Assembly: GCA_964483885.1 (NCBI GenBank)
Contig: CAZADO010000183.1
Span: 1 to 42,519, forward strand
Length of the DNA: 42,519 nucleotides
Direction of reading: 5' to 3'
From: an uncultured Alphaproteobacteria bacterium
GTDB taxonomy: Bacteria; Electryoneota; RPQS01; DYHQ01
Shown here: in pieces, positions 29,177-39,071 of the stretch
Layout of the letters: every line of letters begins with the position of its first letter
Position numbering within the stretch: position 1 is the stretch's first letter
Program-made: the position numbers and the translations under genes
The notes under the pieces: model-generated
The model's input: the letters and a program-made list of their open reading frames with translations, nothing else
Database searches by the model: none
Told to the model about the DNA's origin: nothing

Positions 29177-29926
29177 TTACATCTGCATGCCGCCATCGAC
29201 CCGAATCACCTGACCGGTGATATAATCGGAGGCGGGAGATGCTAAAAATATGACCACACGTGCGACATCCTCCGGCTGGCCTACCGTACCCAGAGGGATT
29301 CCTTTGAGAAATTCGGTTTTGGCATTTTCAGGCAATCCCTTCGTCATTTCAGTTGCGATATAACCGGGTGCCACCGCATTAACACGAATGCCTCGCGCCG
29401 CCAGCTCTTTTGCCGTCGATTTCGTTAAACCAATCACGCCTGCCTTGGAAGAGGCATAATTCGCCTGCCCTGCATTCCCTGTCATCCCGACAACCGAAGC
29501 GATGTTGATAATTTTACCCGAACGCGCGCGCATCATGACTTTCGCGGCCTCACGAGTACACAGAAACGTTCCCTTAAGATTGACTTGCAGAACGCGATCC
29601 CAGTCATCTTCGCTCATACGAATCAGCAAGCCATCGCGCGTAATTCCGGCATTATTAACAAGAATGTGCAATCCCCCCAATTCCATCTGGATTTGTTTGA
29701 TAAAGGATTCAATCCCGGCAGCATCTGTCACATCCAAAGGTGCTGCAATAGATTTTACCTCGAAATCCTTGGCAAGTTCCGCTGACGTTGTTTTAGCGAT
29801 GTCGCCTTCGATATCCGTGACAGCAACCGAAGCTCCCTGCTCGGCAAGAGCGCGAGCGATGGCTTTGCCAATCCCCCTTGCACTGCCTGTCACCCAAGCG
29901 ACCTTTCCTTCTAAGCTTCGTGTCAT
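29177..29926 (-). CDS. fabG: 3-oxoacyl-ACP reductase
   Basis: 249 aa SDR. TGSARGIGKAIA, NNAG, YASSKAG. The start overlaps the fabD stop by 4 nt. Confidence 0.95.
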   Translation of the reverse strand: MTRSLEGKVAWVTGSARGIGKAIARALAEQGASVAVTDIEGDIAKTTSAELAKDFEVKSIAAPLDVTDAAGIESFIKQIQMELGGLHILVNNAGITRDGLLIRMSEDDWDRVLQVNLKGTFLCTREAAKVMMRARSGKIINIASVVGMTGNAGQANYASSKAGVIGLTKSTAKELAARGIRVNAVAPGYIATEMTKGLPENAKTEFLKGIPLGTVGQPEDVARVVIFLASPASDYITGQVIRVDGGMQM

Positions 29927-30849
29927 GAATTTGCTCCCACTCCTTCAAGTGCTGCTGTTGTTCCAATAGATGTTGCAACCGCGTCTTTGATAGTTCGCTT
30001 CAGGAGTCCCGCCAGTACCTTGCCTGCTCCCACTTCGTACCACTGCGTTTCGGAATCGCACGCTAAATATTGCAGCGTCTCCATCCAACGAACCGGTGAT
30101 AAAAGCTGTTTTGCAAGCAATTCTCGAATCTCGCTTGGCGAACCATGCGGTCTCGCAGTTACATTCGAAATCACGTAGATTTCGGGTGTCTGAATCTCAG
30201 CGGACTCCAAAGCGATAGCTAAAGCTTTAGCGGCAGGTTCCATCAATGGTGAATGAAAAGCGCCGGAAACAGGGAGCAATTGCGCCAGCCGTGCCTTTTT
30301 ATCTTTGGCAAGGGAAACGGCTCTTTCTACAGCCGGAATGCTGCCGGATACGGCAATCTGACCGGGTGAATTGAAATTAGCGGGAACAATCGTTCCTTCA
30401 GCAGCAGCTTCTTGGCAGATAGTCTCCACCGTTTCAGAATCCAGGCCGACAAATGCCGCCATCGTACCGGGATTCTGTTCCCCGGCTTTCTGCATACTTT
30501 CCGCGCGCACTTTCACCAGTTTGAGACCGGTTTCAAAAGAAAAAGCTCCTGCAATGGCCAAAGCGGAATATTCTCCGAGACTGTGTCCTGCAGCCACATT
30601 CGCTGTAACGCCGCGTTCGGCAAGCAACTCGCCAACGGCATACGAATGGACGTAGAGAGCCGGTTGAGTGGCGCGGGTCTTTTTTAATTCATCTTCGGGA
30701 CCTTGAAAACAGATTTCCGCGAGGTTGAAACCTAAAATTTCGTTTGCTGTGTCATAGAGCTCACGAACACGAGGATAAACCTCGGCCAAATCTTTTCCCA
30801 TTCCTACGAGCTGGGAACCCTGTCCCGGACAAAGAAAGACGTTCTTCAT
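29923..30849 (-). CDS. fabD: Malonyl-CoA:ACP transacylase
   Basis: 308 aa. FLCPGQGSQ, active-site GHSLGEYSAL. Confidence 0.95.
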   Translation of the reverse strand: MKNVFLCPGQGSQLVGMGKDLAEVYPRVRELYDTANEILGFNLAEICFQGPEDELKKTRATQPALYVHSYAVGELLAERGVTANVAAGHSLGEYSALAIAGAFSFETGLKLVKVRAESMQKAGEQNPGTMAAFVGLDSETVETICQEAAAEGTIVPANFNSPGQIAVSGSIPAVERAVSLAKDKKARLAQLLPVSGAFHSPLMEPAAKALAIALESAEIQTPEIYVISNVTARPHGSPSEIRELLAKQLLSPVRWMETLQYLACDSETQWYEVGAGKVLAGLLKRTIKDAVATSIGTTAALEGVGANS

Positions 30850-30867
30850 CAGTCTCCTGATAGACGA

Positions 30868-31863
30868 TTAAAAACGAATGACAGCGCTTCCCCACGTAAA
30901 TCCCCCTCCGAAGGCGACGGCTAAAACGGTTTGCCCCGGTTTCAGCTTTCCTTCACGGCGGGCTTCATCCAAAGCCAGAGGAATGGATGCTGCCGATGTG
31001 TTTCCGTATTTATGAATATTTACAAAAACCTGTTCGCGTGGAATGCGCAAGCGTTCAGCCACGGCTTCCATGATACGGATATTCGCTTGATGCGGAAAGA
31101 GCCAGTCGATATCGTCGATTTTTAAATCAGCCAACTTGAGGGCTTTAATAGATGCACGAAGCATGGTTCGCACAGCATGTTTGAAAACCTCATTGCCCGA
31201 CATGCGCAGGAAATTCCCACGACTATGGAAGGATTCCTCGATTAGAGAACTACCTGCATTCTCAGCCCTGCCATAGAGCAAATGTGCCAGATCTCCATTC
31301 GAACCGATATCTACCGAGAGGACACCTTGGTCGTCATTTGATGCTTCAATTACCGCCGCACCTGCGGCATCTCCAAAGAGGACACAGGTATTGCGATCTT
31401 CCCAATCGGTGATTCGGGTTAAATTTTCCGCACCAAGCACCAAAGCTCTCCGAATTCTACCCGCAGCAATCAAAGCGTGGGCATGGAAGAGTGCATAGAG
31501 CCATCCCGAACACGTCGCAGAAATATCCAGAGCGAATGCATTCATCGCTCGCAGTTTCGATTGGATAAAAATGGCTGTGGATGGAAAACGGTAGTCTCCG
31601 CTGATAGTACCCAATAAAATCGCATCGATTTCACTGGGCTCGACGCGAGCATCTTCCATTGCCCGCTGCGCCGCTTTCGTGCAGTAATCCGTCAAGCTGT
31701 CGTCAAATCTTGCGATGCGGCGTTCTTTGATTCCCGTACGCGTCGTGATCCACTCATCCGACGTGTCAACGATCTGTTCCAGGTCAGCGTTAGTTAATCT
31801 CTGATCAGGTGCTGCGCTGCCCAATCCGGTAATTCGGCTGTGGACAATCGCCTTTTCTATCAA
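30868..31863 (-). CDS. fabH: Beta-ketoacyl-ACP synthase III
   Basis: 331 aa. Cys in SATCSGWLYAL, His in PHQANIRI, Asn in YGNTSAAS. TTG start with GAAGGAAA upstream. Confidence 0.9.
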   Translation of the reverse strand: MIEKAIVHSRITGLGSAAPDQRLTNADLEQIVDTSDEWITTRTGIKERRIARFDDSLTDYCTKAAQRAMEDARVEPSEIDAILLGTISGDYRFPSTAIFIQSKLRAMNAFALDISATCSGWLYALFHAHALIAAGRIRRALVLGAENLTRITDWEDRNTCVLFGDAAGAAVIEASNDDQGVLSVDIGSNGDLAHLLYGRAENAGSSLIEESFHSRGNFLRMSGNEVFKHAVRTMLRASIKALKLADLKIDDIDWLFPHQANIRIMEAVAERLRIPREQVFVNIHKYGNTSAASIPLALDEARREGKLKPGQTVLAVAFGGGFTWGSAVIRF

Positions 31864-31876
31864 AACGTTGTTTCCT

Positions 31877-32938
31877 TCAGTCTAAATCACTACTGTGGCG
31901 TTCCCGCCTTTCCTGAAAGCTGTGCAGTCGAGCGAATCCGCGAGAGAAGACTCCGGCATGATAACGTTCGATTCCCTCTTCAATCGCTTTCGGAATGTCT
32001 TGCTGCTTCATCACGACCGCCTCACGGATAGCACTTTTTATCGCGCGCGCCGAAGAGCGGCCGTGGCAAATCATGGAAATTCCATTCAGGCCAAGCAAGG
32101 GAACTCCTCCCTGCTCAGCATAATCAAAATCTTTTCGAAAGGCACTCATGACCTGCTCTAAACCTTCGCACGATTCAGGATTGTCTCTTCCTCTAAGACG
32201 CCCTACAAGAAGTTCATAAATCGTCTCAGCGAATTTTAAAAGAATGTTCCCGACAAAACCGTCGCAGACAATCACATCCGCCGCGCCCTTGAAAATATCT
32301 CGCCCTTCGACATTGCCGACAAAATTCAATTCGCTGTGTTCTAAAAGATAATGCGTGGAAAGCGCCAGTTGATTGCCTTTGGTCTTTTCTTCTCCAATGT
32401 TCAGCAGTCCTACGCGCGCGCGACTGCGTTTGAACCGATGCTCAAAGAAAATGGTTCCCATAACGGCGAACTGGAGCATATTCAGCGGCTTACAATCCAT
32501 ATTCGCGCCAACATCGACAAGCAGAGCGATACCGAGATCCGATGGAAAATAGGTGCCGATTGTGGGACGGCGGACTCCTTCGATGCGCCCTAACGTTATC
32601 AGACTTGCCGCGACTTGGACGCCTGTGTGCCCCGCGGAAACCACCGCTTCCGCTTCTCCTTGGCCGTGCAGTTCGATGGCACGGATAAGTGAGCTGTCTC
32701 GTTTTCTCCTAAGAGCTTCCGTCGGGCGATCCGTCATCTGGATAACCGCGGATGCCGGAGAAATCAAAATCCGATCTGTAGGATAGTCGTATTTCGACAG
32801 CTCAGCTTTAATAGCTTCCTCTTGCCCGACCAGCAAAATCTGCAGGTCGTTGCCCAGTTCGCGAACGGCTTCCACCGCTCCTTCCACTGTGGACTGAGGA
32901 GCCAGATCTCCCCCCATGGCATCCAAGGCAACTTTCAT
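31877..32938 (-). CDS. plsX: Phosphate:acyl-ACP acyltransferase
   Basis: 353 aa. MKVALDAMGGD start, and VCDGFVGNILLK. Confidence 0.95.
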   Translation of the reverse strand: MKVALDAMGGDLAPQSTVEGAVEAVRELGNDLQILLVGQEEAIKAELSKYDYPTDRILISPASAVIQMTDRPTEALRRKRDSSLIRAIELHGQGEAEAVVSAGHTGVQVAASLITLGRIEGVRRPTIGTYFPSDLGIALLVDVGANMDCKPLNMLQFAVMGTIFFEHRFKRSRARVGLLNIGEEKTKGNQLALSTHYLLEHSELNFVGNVEGRDIFKGAADVIVCDGFVGNILLKFAETIYELLVGRLRGRDNPESCEGLEQVMSAFRKDFDYAEQGGVPLLGLNGISMICHGRSSARAIKSAIREAVVMKQQDIPKAIEEGIERYHAGVFSRGFARLHSFQERRERHSSDLD

Positions 32939-32971
32939 CGTTCCCTATCTCTCACACTCGTATTGCGGAGA

Positions 32972-33151
32972 TTATGTCTTAGGTTGGAAAACAAAGCGAC
33001 CGTTATAGTAGCCGCAATTGGGACAAGCCCGATGAGGTAGTTTCGTTGAACCGCAGTGAGAGCAGGACATGCGCGTCACGGCCGTTAATCGGTGGTGGGA
33101 ACGTCGGCGATCGCGTCGTCCTTTTCCCGTTCGTCTTTTTGGTACTGCCAT
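32972..33151 (-). CDS. rpmF: 50S ribosomal protein L32 (zinc-ribbon type)
   Basis: Absent from the ORF track because it is 59 aa. Hand translation of the minus strand: MAVPKRRTGKGRRDRRRSHHRLTAVTRMSCSHCGSTKLPHRACPNCGYYNGRFVFQPKT*. It has the canonical MAVPK start and CxxC...CxxC, and the expected position between yceD and plsX. Confidence 0.9.
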   Translation of the reverse strand: MAVPKRRTGKGRRDRRRSHHRLTAVTRMSCSHCGSTKLPHRACPNCGYYNGRFVFQPKT

Positions 33152-33159
33152 ACAAAATC

Positions 33160-33627
33160 CTATGGGTTAGTTACGATATGACAATCGCAAGTATCTTCAT
33201 TCAAATTACAGCCGCAATTGGAACACAGACCTTTGCAGTCATCTTTACAAAGTGATTTCAGTGGTAAACTTAACATCAGAATATCATGCAAATCCGTCGA
33301 AAGATCAATTTCCACCGTATCTGCTGAAAGGTATTTTATTTCATCTTCATCCGGATTTTCTTCGTGTGCATTTCCACCAAGGACGAAGATTAACATCCCT
33401 TCTGCGCTCAAGGATTGCTCATAGTCTTCCAAACACCGATCACAAATCAGGTGAACAAAGGCATTTATCTGGTAATTCAAACGCAGGTAGGGATCATTTC
33501 GGTCAAGTTGAATCTGCACATGAACCGACTTCAGAAATAGAGATGTATCTATGCTAAGTTCCGAAGGTTCAAGTACTTCCGACACGAAATGGTGTCCCTG
33601 CGAATACGACGGCAGGTACAGCTTCAT
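33160..33627 (-). CDS. yceD: YceD/DUF177 family protein (23S rRNA accumulation protein)
   Basis: 155 aa. C-terminal cysteine cluster CKDDCKGLCSNCGCNLNEDTCDC. Conserved position upstream of rpmF-plsX. Confidence 0.85.
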   Translation of the reverse strand: MKLYLPSYSQGHHFVSEVLEPSELSIDTSLFLKSVHVQIQLDRNDPYLRLNYQINAFVHLICDRCLEDYEQSLSAEGMLIFVLGGNAHEENPDEDEIKYLSADTVEIDLSTDLHDILMLSLPLKSLCKDDCKGLCSNCGCNLNEDTCDCHIVTNP

Positions 33628-33672
33628 TTGAAAATAATTTAAATTTAAATCTAATAATATTAGGTTTTAAAA

Positions 33673-34008
33673 TCAAGTCTTATCCGTACTGCTCGCGTCG
33701 TCTTGTTTTTCCTCCGTTTTAGGTTTCTTTTCCAACTTCTCTATCTCGGTCAGATAGTTCAGTTTTAGATTTCCAAGAGTTTGTTCCATGTACTTTTTTT
33801 CTTCCGGTTTCAAATTCCCGCGGGTTCGAACGCTGAGCATATCCAGCATATCAATCGCATAAGACGCCGCTTCCAGTTCCACCTTGATGTCTCCATTGGG
33901 ATTCGGTAATTTACCCAATCCAATCAACGCGGCATTTTCAAAACTGTGTACCAGATGCAAAAATATGAAAGATTCACGTGCTTCTGCATCTTTTTTCTTT
34001 TCTTCCAT
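33673..34008 (-). CDS. DUF1844 domain protein
   Basis: 111 aa. The core FIFLHLVHSFENAALIGLGKLPNPNGDIKVELEAASYAIDMLDMLSVRTRGNL matches my recollection of the DUF1844 pattern. Confidence 0.65.
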   Translation of the reverse strand: MEEKKKDAEARESFIFLHLVHSFENAALIGLGKLPNPNGDIKVELEAASYAIDMLDMLSVRTRGNLKPEEKKYMEQTLGNLKLNYLTEIEKLEKKPKTEEKQDDASSTDKT

Positions 34009-34058
34009 ATCTCATCCTCTGTGCGTATTGGACTTCTGTTTTATCAGCTAATACAAGC

Positions 34059-34084
34059 CGCGCGGCATGAGGGGGTGCCGCGCG
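34059..34084 (-). terminator. GC-rich hairpin downstream of the bifunctional-nuclease gene (possible terminator)
   Basis: A 9-bp perfect stem, 34059-34067 (CGCGCGGCA) with 34076-34084 (TGCCGCGCG), and an 8-nt loop. On the minus-strand RNA it is followed by UUGUAUUAGCUG, which is only weakly U-rich. It lies in the 166-nt gap between two minus-strand genes. Confidence 0.4.
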
Positions 34085-34174
34085 CTTAATTCTAAAATCT
34101 CTTTCTCTATCAAGGATACACGCTGAAGAACGCTGGTTTATCTGACTCCAAATCCCTTTTCCCGGGTGTCAAAC

Positions 34175-34762
34175 TCAGGCATCCTTGTCATCATTCTCTT
34201 CCTCGTCATCAACTGAGCTTGATTGGTCCATCTTTTTCTTTTCGAGATCTCGAATCTTGTCGCGGATCTGGGCTGCTTCTTCATACGCTTCGATTTCGAC
34301 GGCTTCCTTCAGTTTCTGATTCAAATAGGAAATGTGTTCGATATGAGATCGGTTTACCGGTTCCCCAGTGATTCCGGCGCTGTCCATCACTTCATTTGCC
34401 ACGGAAATCGGTGCTCTTGTTCTGAGTGCCAGAGCTATCGCATCTGAAGGACGAGCATCAATCGCCTTCGCATCACCGCGGATATTTTTCAGATGAACGA
34501 TGGCATAAAAGGTGTTCTCCCGCAGTTCCGTTACGTGTGTCGAAAGGATTCGCACTCCAGCCGCCGTAAGAATGGAGTTGAACAGGTCATATGTCAGTGG
34601 ACGTGAATATTCGCGTCCTTGGAGAAGCCAAGAAATAGACTGTGCCTCAGCAGCCCCGATAAAAATCGGCAGCCACCGTTCACCAGCCTTTTCCTTCAAG
34701 ATCACAACATAACCCTGATAGGGCGGACAAACGGAAATCCCGACGACATCAACCGGTATCAC
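34175..34762 (-). CDS. Bifunctional nuclease (BFN/DUF151) family protein with C-terminal UVR motif
   Basis: 195 aa. ...VVILKEKAGERWLPIFIGAAEAQSI...RPLTYDL...IDARPSDAIALALR is the BFN pattern. The C-terminal EAYEEAAQIRDKIRDLE is UvrB/C-like. GTG start with AAGGAGG upstream. Confidence 0.8.
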   Translation of the reverse strand: MIPVDVVGISVCPPYQGYVVILKEKAGERWLPIFIGAAEAQSISWLLQGREYSRPLTYDLFNSILTAAGVRILSTHVTELRENTFYAIVHLKNIRGDAKAIDARPSDAIALALRTRAPISVANEVMDSAGITGEPVNRSHIEHISYLNQKLKEAVEIEAYEEAAQIRDKIRDLEKKKMDQSSSVDDEEENDDKDA

Positions 34763-34815
34763 ACATACCTCCTTTTGATAACCCGTCTGTTATCGTGATA
34801 AAAGTGATATGCTCT

Positions 34816-34844
34816 AATATATAAATTCAAATGATAATGGTCAA
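34816..34844 (-). promoter_or_regulatory. Candidate sigma70-type promoter for the bifunctional-nuclease gene
   Basis: Minus strand reads TTGACC (34844-34839), a 17-nt spacer, then TATATT (34821-34816), about 55 nt upstream of the GTG start. Sequence pattern only. Confidence 0.35.
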
Positions 34845-34875
34845 GAGGATAATAAACAGCTATACAGGGAAGCGC

Positions 34876-35613
34876 TTACTTCTTTCCTGATTTCAACCAG
34901 TCGAGAATCAACTCATTCAAGCCGGGCTCTACCCGAAACATGAAGGTTCCATGTCCAGCTTTTTCATATAGTTGAGTTTTTACTTTTCCTTTGGCTATTT
35001 CAGCGAGTTTCTGTACGGAATCGGCAGGGTAATCATCGTCGAGAGCCGCCACCAGCAACGCCGGTCGTTTTCCGTAAGCTTTCATCGCATCTTCTGTCGT
35101 TATATCACGGTAGTTTAATCCCGGCGATAGAAGGACTACGCTACGGATTGTCTCGTCCGAAACCGCATATTTTAAGGCTACATTTGCACCAATACTCGCA
35201 CCTATCAGTGAAATCCGTTTCGGGTCAATGCCTTCTTTCGTCTGAACAAAACCTACAGCGGCTTTAACGTCTTCCACCATCATCGCGAAATCCTTATTAG
35301 AGAATTCCTTGACATCAATCGCTTTCCCGGCACGCCGCACGCTTTGTCCATGTCCTCGCATGTCTATCGCCAGCACTGAAAAACCGGCTTGAGTCGCCCG
35401 ACGCGCAAAGTCCTCCCAATCCTTGCGCTTGTGTCGCAACATATGAAGTAGAACCAGAGCGGGAGAATCCCCTTCTGCCTGAGAAGGATAAAACGTCCCA
35501 TAGATAGTGACACTATCCACCGTCGTAAAAACAACCTCTTGCGGTGCGGCGGCGAGAAGTCCTGATACGGCGACGGATAGGGCACAAACGATAAGTATAT
35601 GGCGAACGAACAC
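34876..35613 (-). CDS. Secreted alpha/beta-fold hydrolase
   Basis: 245 aa. Signal peptide ...VSGLLAAAP, HG motif in AIDMRGHGQS, nucleophile elbow GASIGAN, C-terminal His in KAGHGTF. GTG start. Confidence 0.8.
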   Translation of the reverse strand: MFVRHILIVCALSVAVSGLLAAAPQEVVFTTVDSVTIYGTFYPSQAEGDSPALVLLHMLRHKRKDWEDFARRATQAGFSVLAIDMRGHGQSVRRAGKAIDVKEFSNKDFAMMVEDVKAAVGFVQTKEGIDPKRISLIGASIGANVALKYAVSDETIRSVVLLSPGLNYRDITTEDAMKAYGKRPALLVAALDDDYPADSVQKLAEIAKGKVKTQLYEKAGHGTFMFRVEPGLNELILDWLKSGKK

Positions 35614-35648
35614 GTTATCTCCCAGCTTTTTTTATCCAAACCATGGGA

Positions 35649-37154
35649 TTATTGGCGTAGTTCTCCCTTCTGTATCTTACCTCCGGGAGCCTTAGGAAGT
35701 TCCTTGTAAAACCTGATAATACGTGGACATTTATAGGCGGCCATTTGCTCTCGGCAGTATTCGATGATGTCACCCGAACTTAAATCAGCGCCGTCTTTTA
35801 GTACGATACAAGCCTTGATTTCTTGCCCGACAACCGGATCCTGAACTCCCACGACGGCGACTTCTTCTACATGTGGTAATTGCTCAAGGATTCCTTCGAT
35901 TTCGCGAGGGTAGATTTTGAATCCACTTTTTAAAATCATGTCATCTTTTCGATCGACAATATACAGCTTTCCATCGATATCGATTTTGCCAAGGTCGCCT
36001 GTATGGAGCCATCCGTCGCGCAGAGTTTGGGCGCTTGTTTCAGGTCGGCCCCTGTAGCCTCGCATCACCGTATCTCCGCGAACGAGAATCTCCCCGACAT
36101 CGCCAACCGGCAATTCCTCACCCTTCTCGTCTGCGATTCGCAGTTCCGTTCCTCCGATAACCGGGCCGACGCTTCCGGTATAACCCATGTCCGCCGCCTG
36201 ATTCAGACATATCATCGAATTCGTTTCGGACAGCCCGTAACCTTCTATTAAAATATGCCCGCATTCATTTTCGAAATATAACGCCAGCTCCTTTGGAAGT
36301 TTTGAAGCTCCGGAAAGACAATAGCGCAAGGATCGCGTTTCGTACTTTTGCGCGGACGGGAAATTGGATATGATATGGTACATTGCCGGTACACCGAGAA
36401 AATAGGTGATTTGCTCTTCTTGGAGAGCTTTCAGCACATCTCCGGGGTGGAAGCGAGAGTGTATCACCAGTTCTGCCCCGCTGACAAATGCGAGATTCAT
36501 CAGCATTCCCTGCCCCAGCGCATGATAGAAAGGCATAACGGCTAAAAATCTGTCTCGAACGGTGATTCGCATGTGTTTGCGAAACGCCAAAGCATGACAA
36601 GCCAGATTATGATGTGTCAGCTCCGCACCCTTAGGGCTTCCGGTCACTCCCGCCGTATAGAGAATCACAGCAACATCATCAGGCGATATTTCCGGAGAAG
36701 GCTGCAAACGTTCTCCAGAGCGAATCAAGTCCACCATGTTTTCCGATTCGGAAGGGCCGCCATCCCCTAAGTAAATGTGACGGGACAGGATTTCAAGATT
36801 TTCAGACGCTTTTTCGACCTGCGAGGCGAAGTTGCTCCATGAAATAATCGCGCAGGCTTCCGAATCTTCAAGTTGATAGGCAAGTTCACGCGATTTCAAC
36901 ATGATATTCAAGGGAACAGCAATGGCTCCCAGGCCAAGAATGGCATAATAAGCTATGGGAAAGTGTGCGGAGTTCGGCAGCAGAATACCAACCCGATCGC
37001 CGCGCTGAATTCCAAGTTCCGATAAAGAGCCGCGAAAACGTTCAGACGCTTCGAGAATCATATCATAGGTATAACTCTGTCGGTTCAGTGTAATAGCATC
37101 ACGTTCAGGATGTTCTTTTGCGATTTTTGTTATGCTGTCGAGAAGCAGTTCCAA
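35649..37154 (-). CDS. fadD: AMP-dependent acyl-CoA synthetase (long-chain fatty acid-CoA ligase-like)
   Basis: 501 aa. AMP-binding motif YTAGVTGSPKGA, EGYGLSET, TGDLGKIDIDGKLYIVDRKDD, C-terminal PKAPGGKIQK. TTG start with AGGAGG 7 nt upstream. Confidence 0.85.
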   Translation of the reverse strand: MELLLDSITKIAKEHPERDAITLNRQSYTYDMILEASERFRGSLSELGIQRGDRVGILLPNSAHFPIAYYAILGLGAIAVPLNIMLKSRELAYQLEDSEACAIISWSNFASQVEKASENLEILSRHIYLGDGGPSESENMVDLIRSGERLQPSPEISPDDVAVILYTAGVTGSPKGAELTHHNLACHALAFRKHMRITVRDRFLAVMPFYHALGQGMLMNLAFVSGAELVIHSRFHPGDVLKALQEEQITYFLGVPAMYHIISNFPSAQKYETRSLRYCLSGASKLPKELALYFENECGHILIEGYGLSETNSMICLNQAADMGYTGSVGPVIGGTELRIADEKGEELPVGDVGEILVRGDTVMRGYRGRPETSAQTLRDGWLHTGDLGKIDIDGKLYIVDRKDDMILKSGFKIYPREIEGILEQLPHVEEVAVVGVQDPVVGQEIKACIVLKDGADLSSGDIIEYCREQMAAYKCPRIIRFYKELPKAPGGKIQKGELRQ

Positions 37155-37207
37155 TTATAGCCTCCTTTTTGTGCCCCCATGAGCTTTACGCTAAAGTCGC
37201 CCCCTCA

Positions 37208-37468
37208 TCAATCGGAGAGCGTAAACTGTTCGATGAGACGCCGCATACGGGATACATAGATGCGCTCGAAGAGTTCACGGTCGTCACCGACTAAATTCTC
37301 CAATTCTTTCGTCGTTTGCTGAAGTAATTCATTCGCTTCGCGGCGCGTCAAACGCCCGGACACGATTTGTTCGCATGCTCGATCAACGTGGACTTTGAGA
37401 ATCGCCGCCCGCGCTGCATCCTTGAATTCAGGGCGCTCATATAACGAGCGTTCTGTATTCTGATTCAT
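37208..37468 (-). CDS. Small hypothetical protein (predicted all-helical, charged)
   Basis: 86-aa ORF with ATG start and AGAGGA upstream. It exactly fills the comM-fadD gap. I recognise no motif. Confidence 0.45.
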   Translation of the reverse strand: MNQNTERSLYERPEFKDAARAAILKVHVDRACEQIVSGRLTRREANELLQQTTKELENLVGDDRELFERIYVSRMRRLIEQFTLSD

Positions 37469-37477
37469 AAGTCCTCT

Positions 37478-39025
37478 TTACACATTCAAGCCCGGAATGC
37501 GGTCAAGGCTTCGGTATTGAATCGCCTCGAGTACATGGTTCGGCAGGACATTTTCGCTGGTTTCAAGGTCGGCGATTGTCCGGGAAACTTTCCAAATTCG
37601 ATGGTAAGCTCGCGCCGAAAAACCCATTTGTGCGATGGCACGCTGCAGGAGCTTCATGCAATCGTCCGACAACGGCACAAATTTTTCTAATTCGCGATTC
37701 GTCATCTGAGCGTTGCAGAAAAGTCCCTTGCGCGCACTTTTAAAACGCTCTACCTGCGCCTGTTTGGCCAAGGAAACGCGCGCCCGTACTTTTTCGGAGC
37801 TCTCGCCTGCTTCTTTCGAGGAGAGTTCCTGCCATGGGACACGCGGAACATCGACATGAATATCAATACGATCAAGAAGCGGCCCGGATACTCGCGAAAG
37901 ATATCTCGCGATTTGTTCCTGAGTGCAGCGGCATTCGTGCATCGGATCCGTATGATACCCGCACGGGCAGGGATTCATTGCCGCCGCCAACATAAACGTT
38001 GCTGGATATGTCAGCGAAACAGCCGCGCGGGAAATAGTAACGACTCCATCTTCCATGGGTTGTCTTAGGACTTCTAACACATTCTTCCGAAATTCGGGGA
38101 GTTCGTCAAGAAAAAGTACGCCATTATGTGCCAGACTGACTTCTCCCGGCTTCGGAACAGCACCGCCACCAATTAAGCCTGCGTCTGATACTGTATGATG
38201 TGGACTTCGAAACGGCCTGCTGGCAACTAACGCCTGCCCCGGTTTCATTAAACCCGCAACCGAATGAACTTGCGTGGTTTCCAGCGATTCTTCCAGCGTA
38301 AAATCCGGTAAAATCGTCGGTAATCGTTTGGCGACCATCGTCTTGCCGGAGCCCGGCGGCCCGACAAGGAGGATGTTGTGACCTCCAGCCGCTGCGACTT
38401 CCATTGCGCGTTTCGCCGCAGCTTGTCCGCGAACTTCGGAAAAGTCGCCAAAATGCTCGCGGGACTGAATGAAAAGGCTTTCGCGGTTGACTTTGAATGG
38501 TTCGATTTCGTCCGAGCCTAACAGGAAGTCAATCGTATCCCGTAGCGATTCCATTGGATAAACATTTATACCATCAACCAGTGCGGCTTCCCGGGCGTTT
38601 TCTTCGGGGACGATGAGGTTTTTTATGCCTTCGCGCTTGGCAGCGTTGGTTATAGGCAATACGCCTCTGACCGGCCGTATCTTTCCGTCGAGCGCCAATT
38701 CACCGAGAATACCGGTACTTTTCAGACTATCAAGCGTAAGCTGCCCAGACGCGGCGAGAATACTGACCGCCATCGGTAAATCGTACGCGCTTCCTTCTTT
38801 GCGAATATCCGCCGGAGCGAGGTTAATGGTGATGTGCTTCTTCGGGAATATGAAACCGGAATTTTTAACAGCAGCGGAAACGCGGTCGCGCGATTCCTTA
38901 ACAGCGGAATCCGGCAATCCAACCACTGTGAAGGTATTCATCAGCGAGGACTCCATATGCGCCTCCACCCTGACGAGATACGCATCCACCCCCAACACCG
39001 CCGCCGCTGTCACTTCAGAAAACAT
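37478..39025 (-). CDS. comM: YifB/ComM family Mg-chelatase-like AAA+ ATPase
   Basis: 515 aa. N-terminal Lon-protease-like ChlI domain, Walker [13 protein letters not shown], Walker [11 protein letters not shown], zinc-finger-like NPCPCGY...ECRC. Confidence 0.9.
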   Translation of the reverse strand: MFSEVTAAAVLGVDAYLVRVEAHMESSLMNTFTVVGLPDSAVKESRDRVSAAVKNSGFIFPKKHITINLAPADIRKEGSAYDLPMAVSILAASGQLTLDSLKSTGILGELALDGKIRPVRGVLPITNAAKREGIKNLIVPEENAREAALVDGINVYPMESLRDTIDFLLGSDEIEPFKVNRESLFIQSREHFGDFSEVRGQAAAKRAMEVAAAGGHNILLVGPPGSGKTMVAKRLPTILPDFTLEESLETTQVHSVAGLMKPGQALVASRPFRSPHHTVSDAGLIGGGAVPKPGEVSLAHNGVLFLDELPEFRKNVLEVLRQPMEDGVVTISRAAVSLTYPATFMLAAAMNPCPCGYHTDPMHECRCTQEQIARYLSRVSGPLLDRIDIHVDVPRVPWQELSSKEAGESSEKVRARVSLAKQAQVERFKSARKGLFCNAQMTNRELEKFVPLSDDCMKLLQRAIAQMGFSARAYHRIWKVSRTIADLETSENVLPNHVLEAIQYRSLDRIPGLNV

Positions 39026-39071
39026 ATGTTCATTGATTTTGTATTATAGTAAAAAAATATTCACGTAAGAA

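Noticed and set aside
33628-33672. AT-rich tract with short tandem AATTTA repeats and a near-palindrome CTAATAATATTAG between the DUF1844 gene and yceD.
   Set aside because: It is only about 45 nt of low-complexity AT-rich intergenic DNA. The palindrome is imperfect and the repeat is too short to distinguish from ordinary promoter-region composition.
39026-39071. Possible promoter TTCTTA-17-TATAAT (minus strand) upstream of comM.
   Set aside because: The -10 is perfect, but the -35 is poor and the element would leave a very short leader without an RBS. This is not enough support to list it as a feature.
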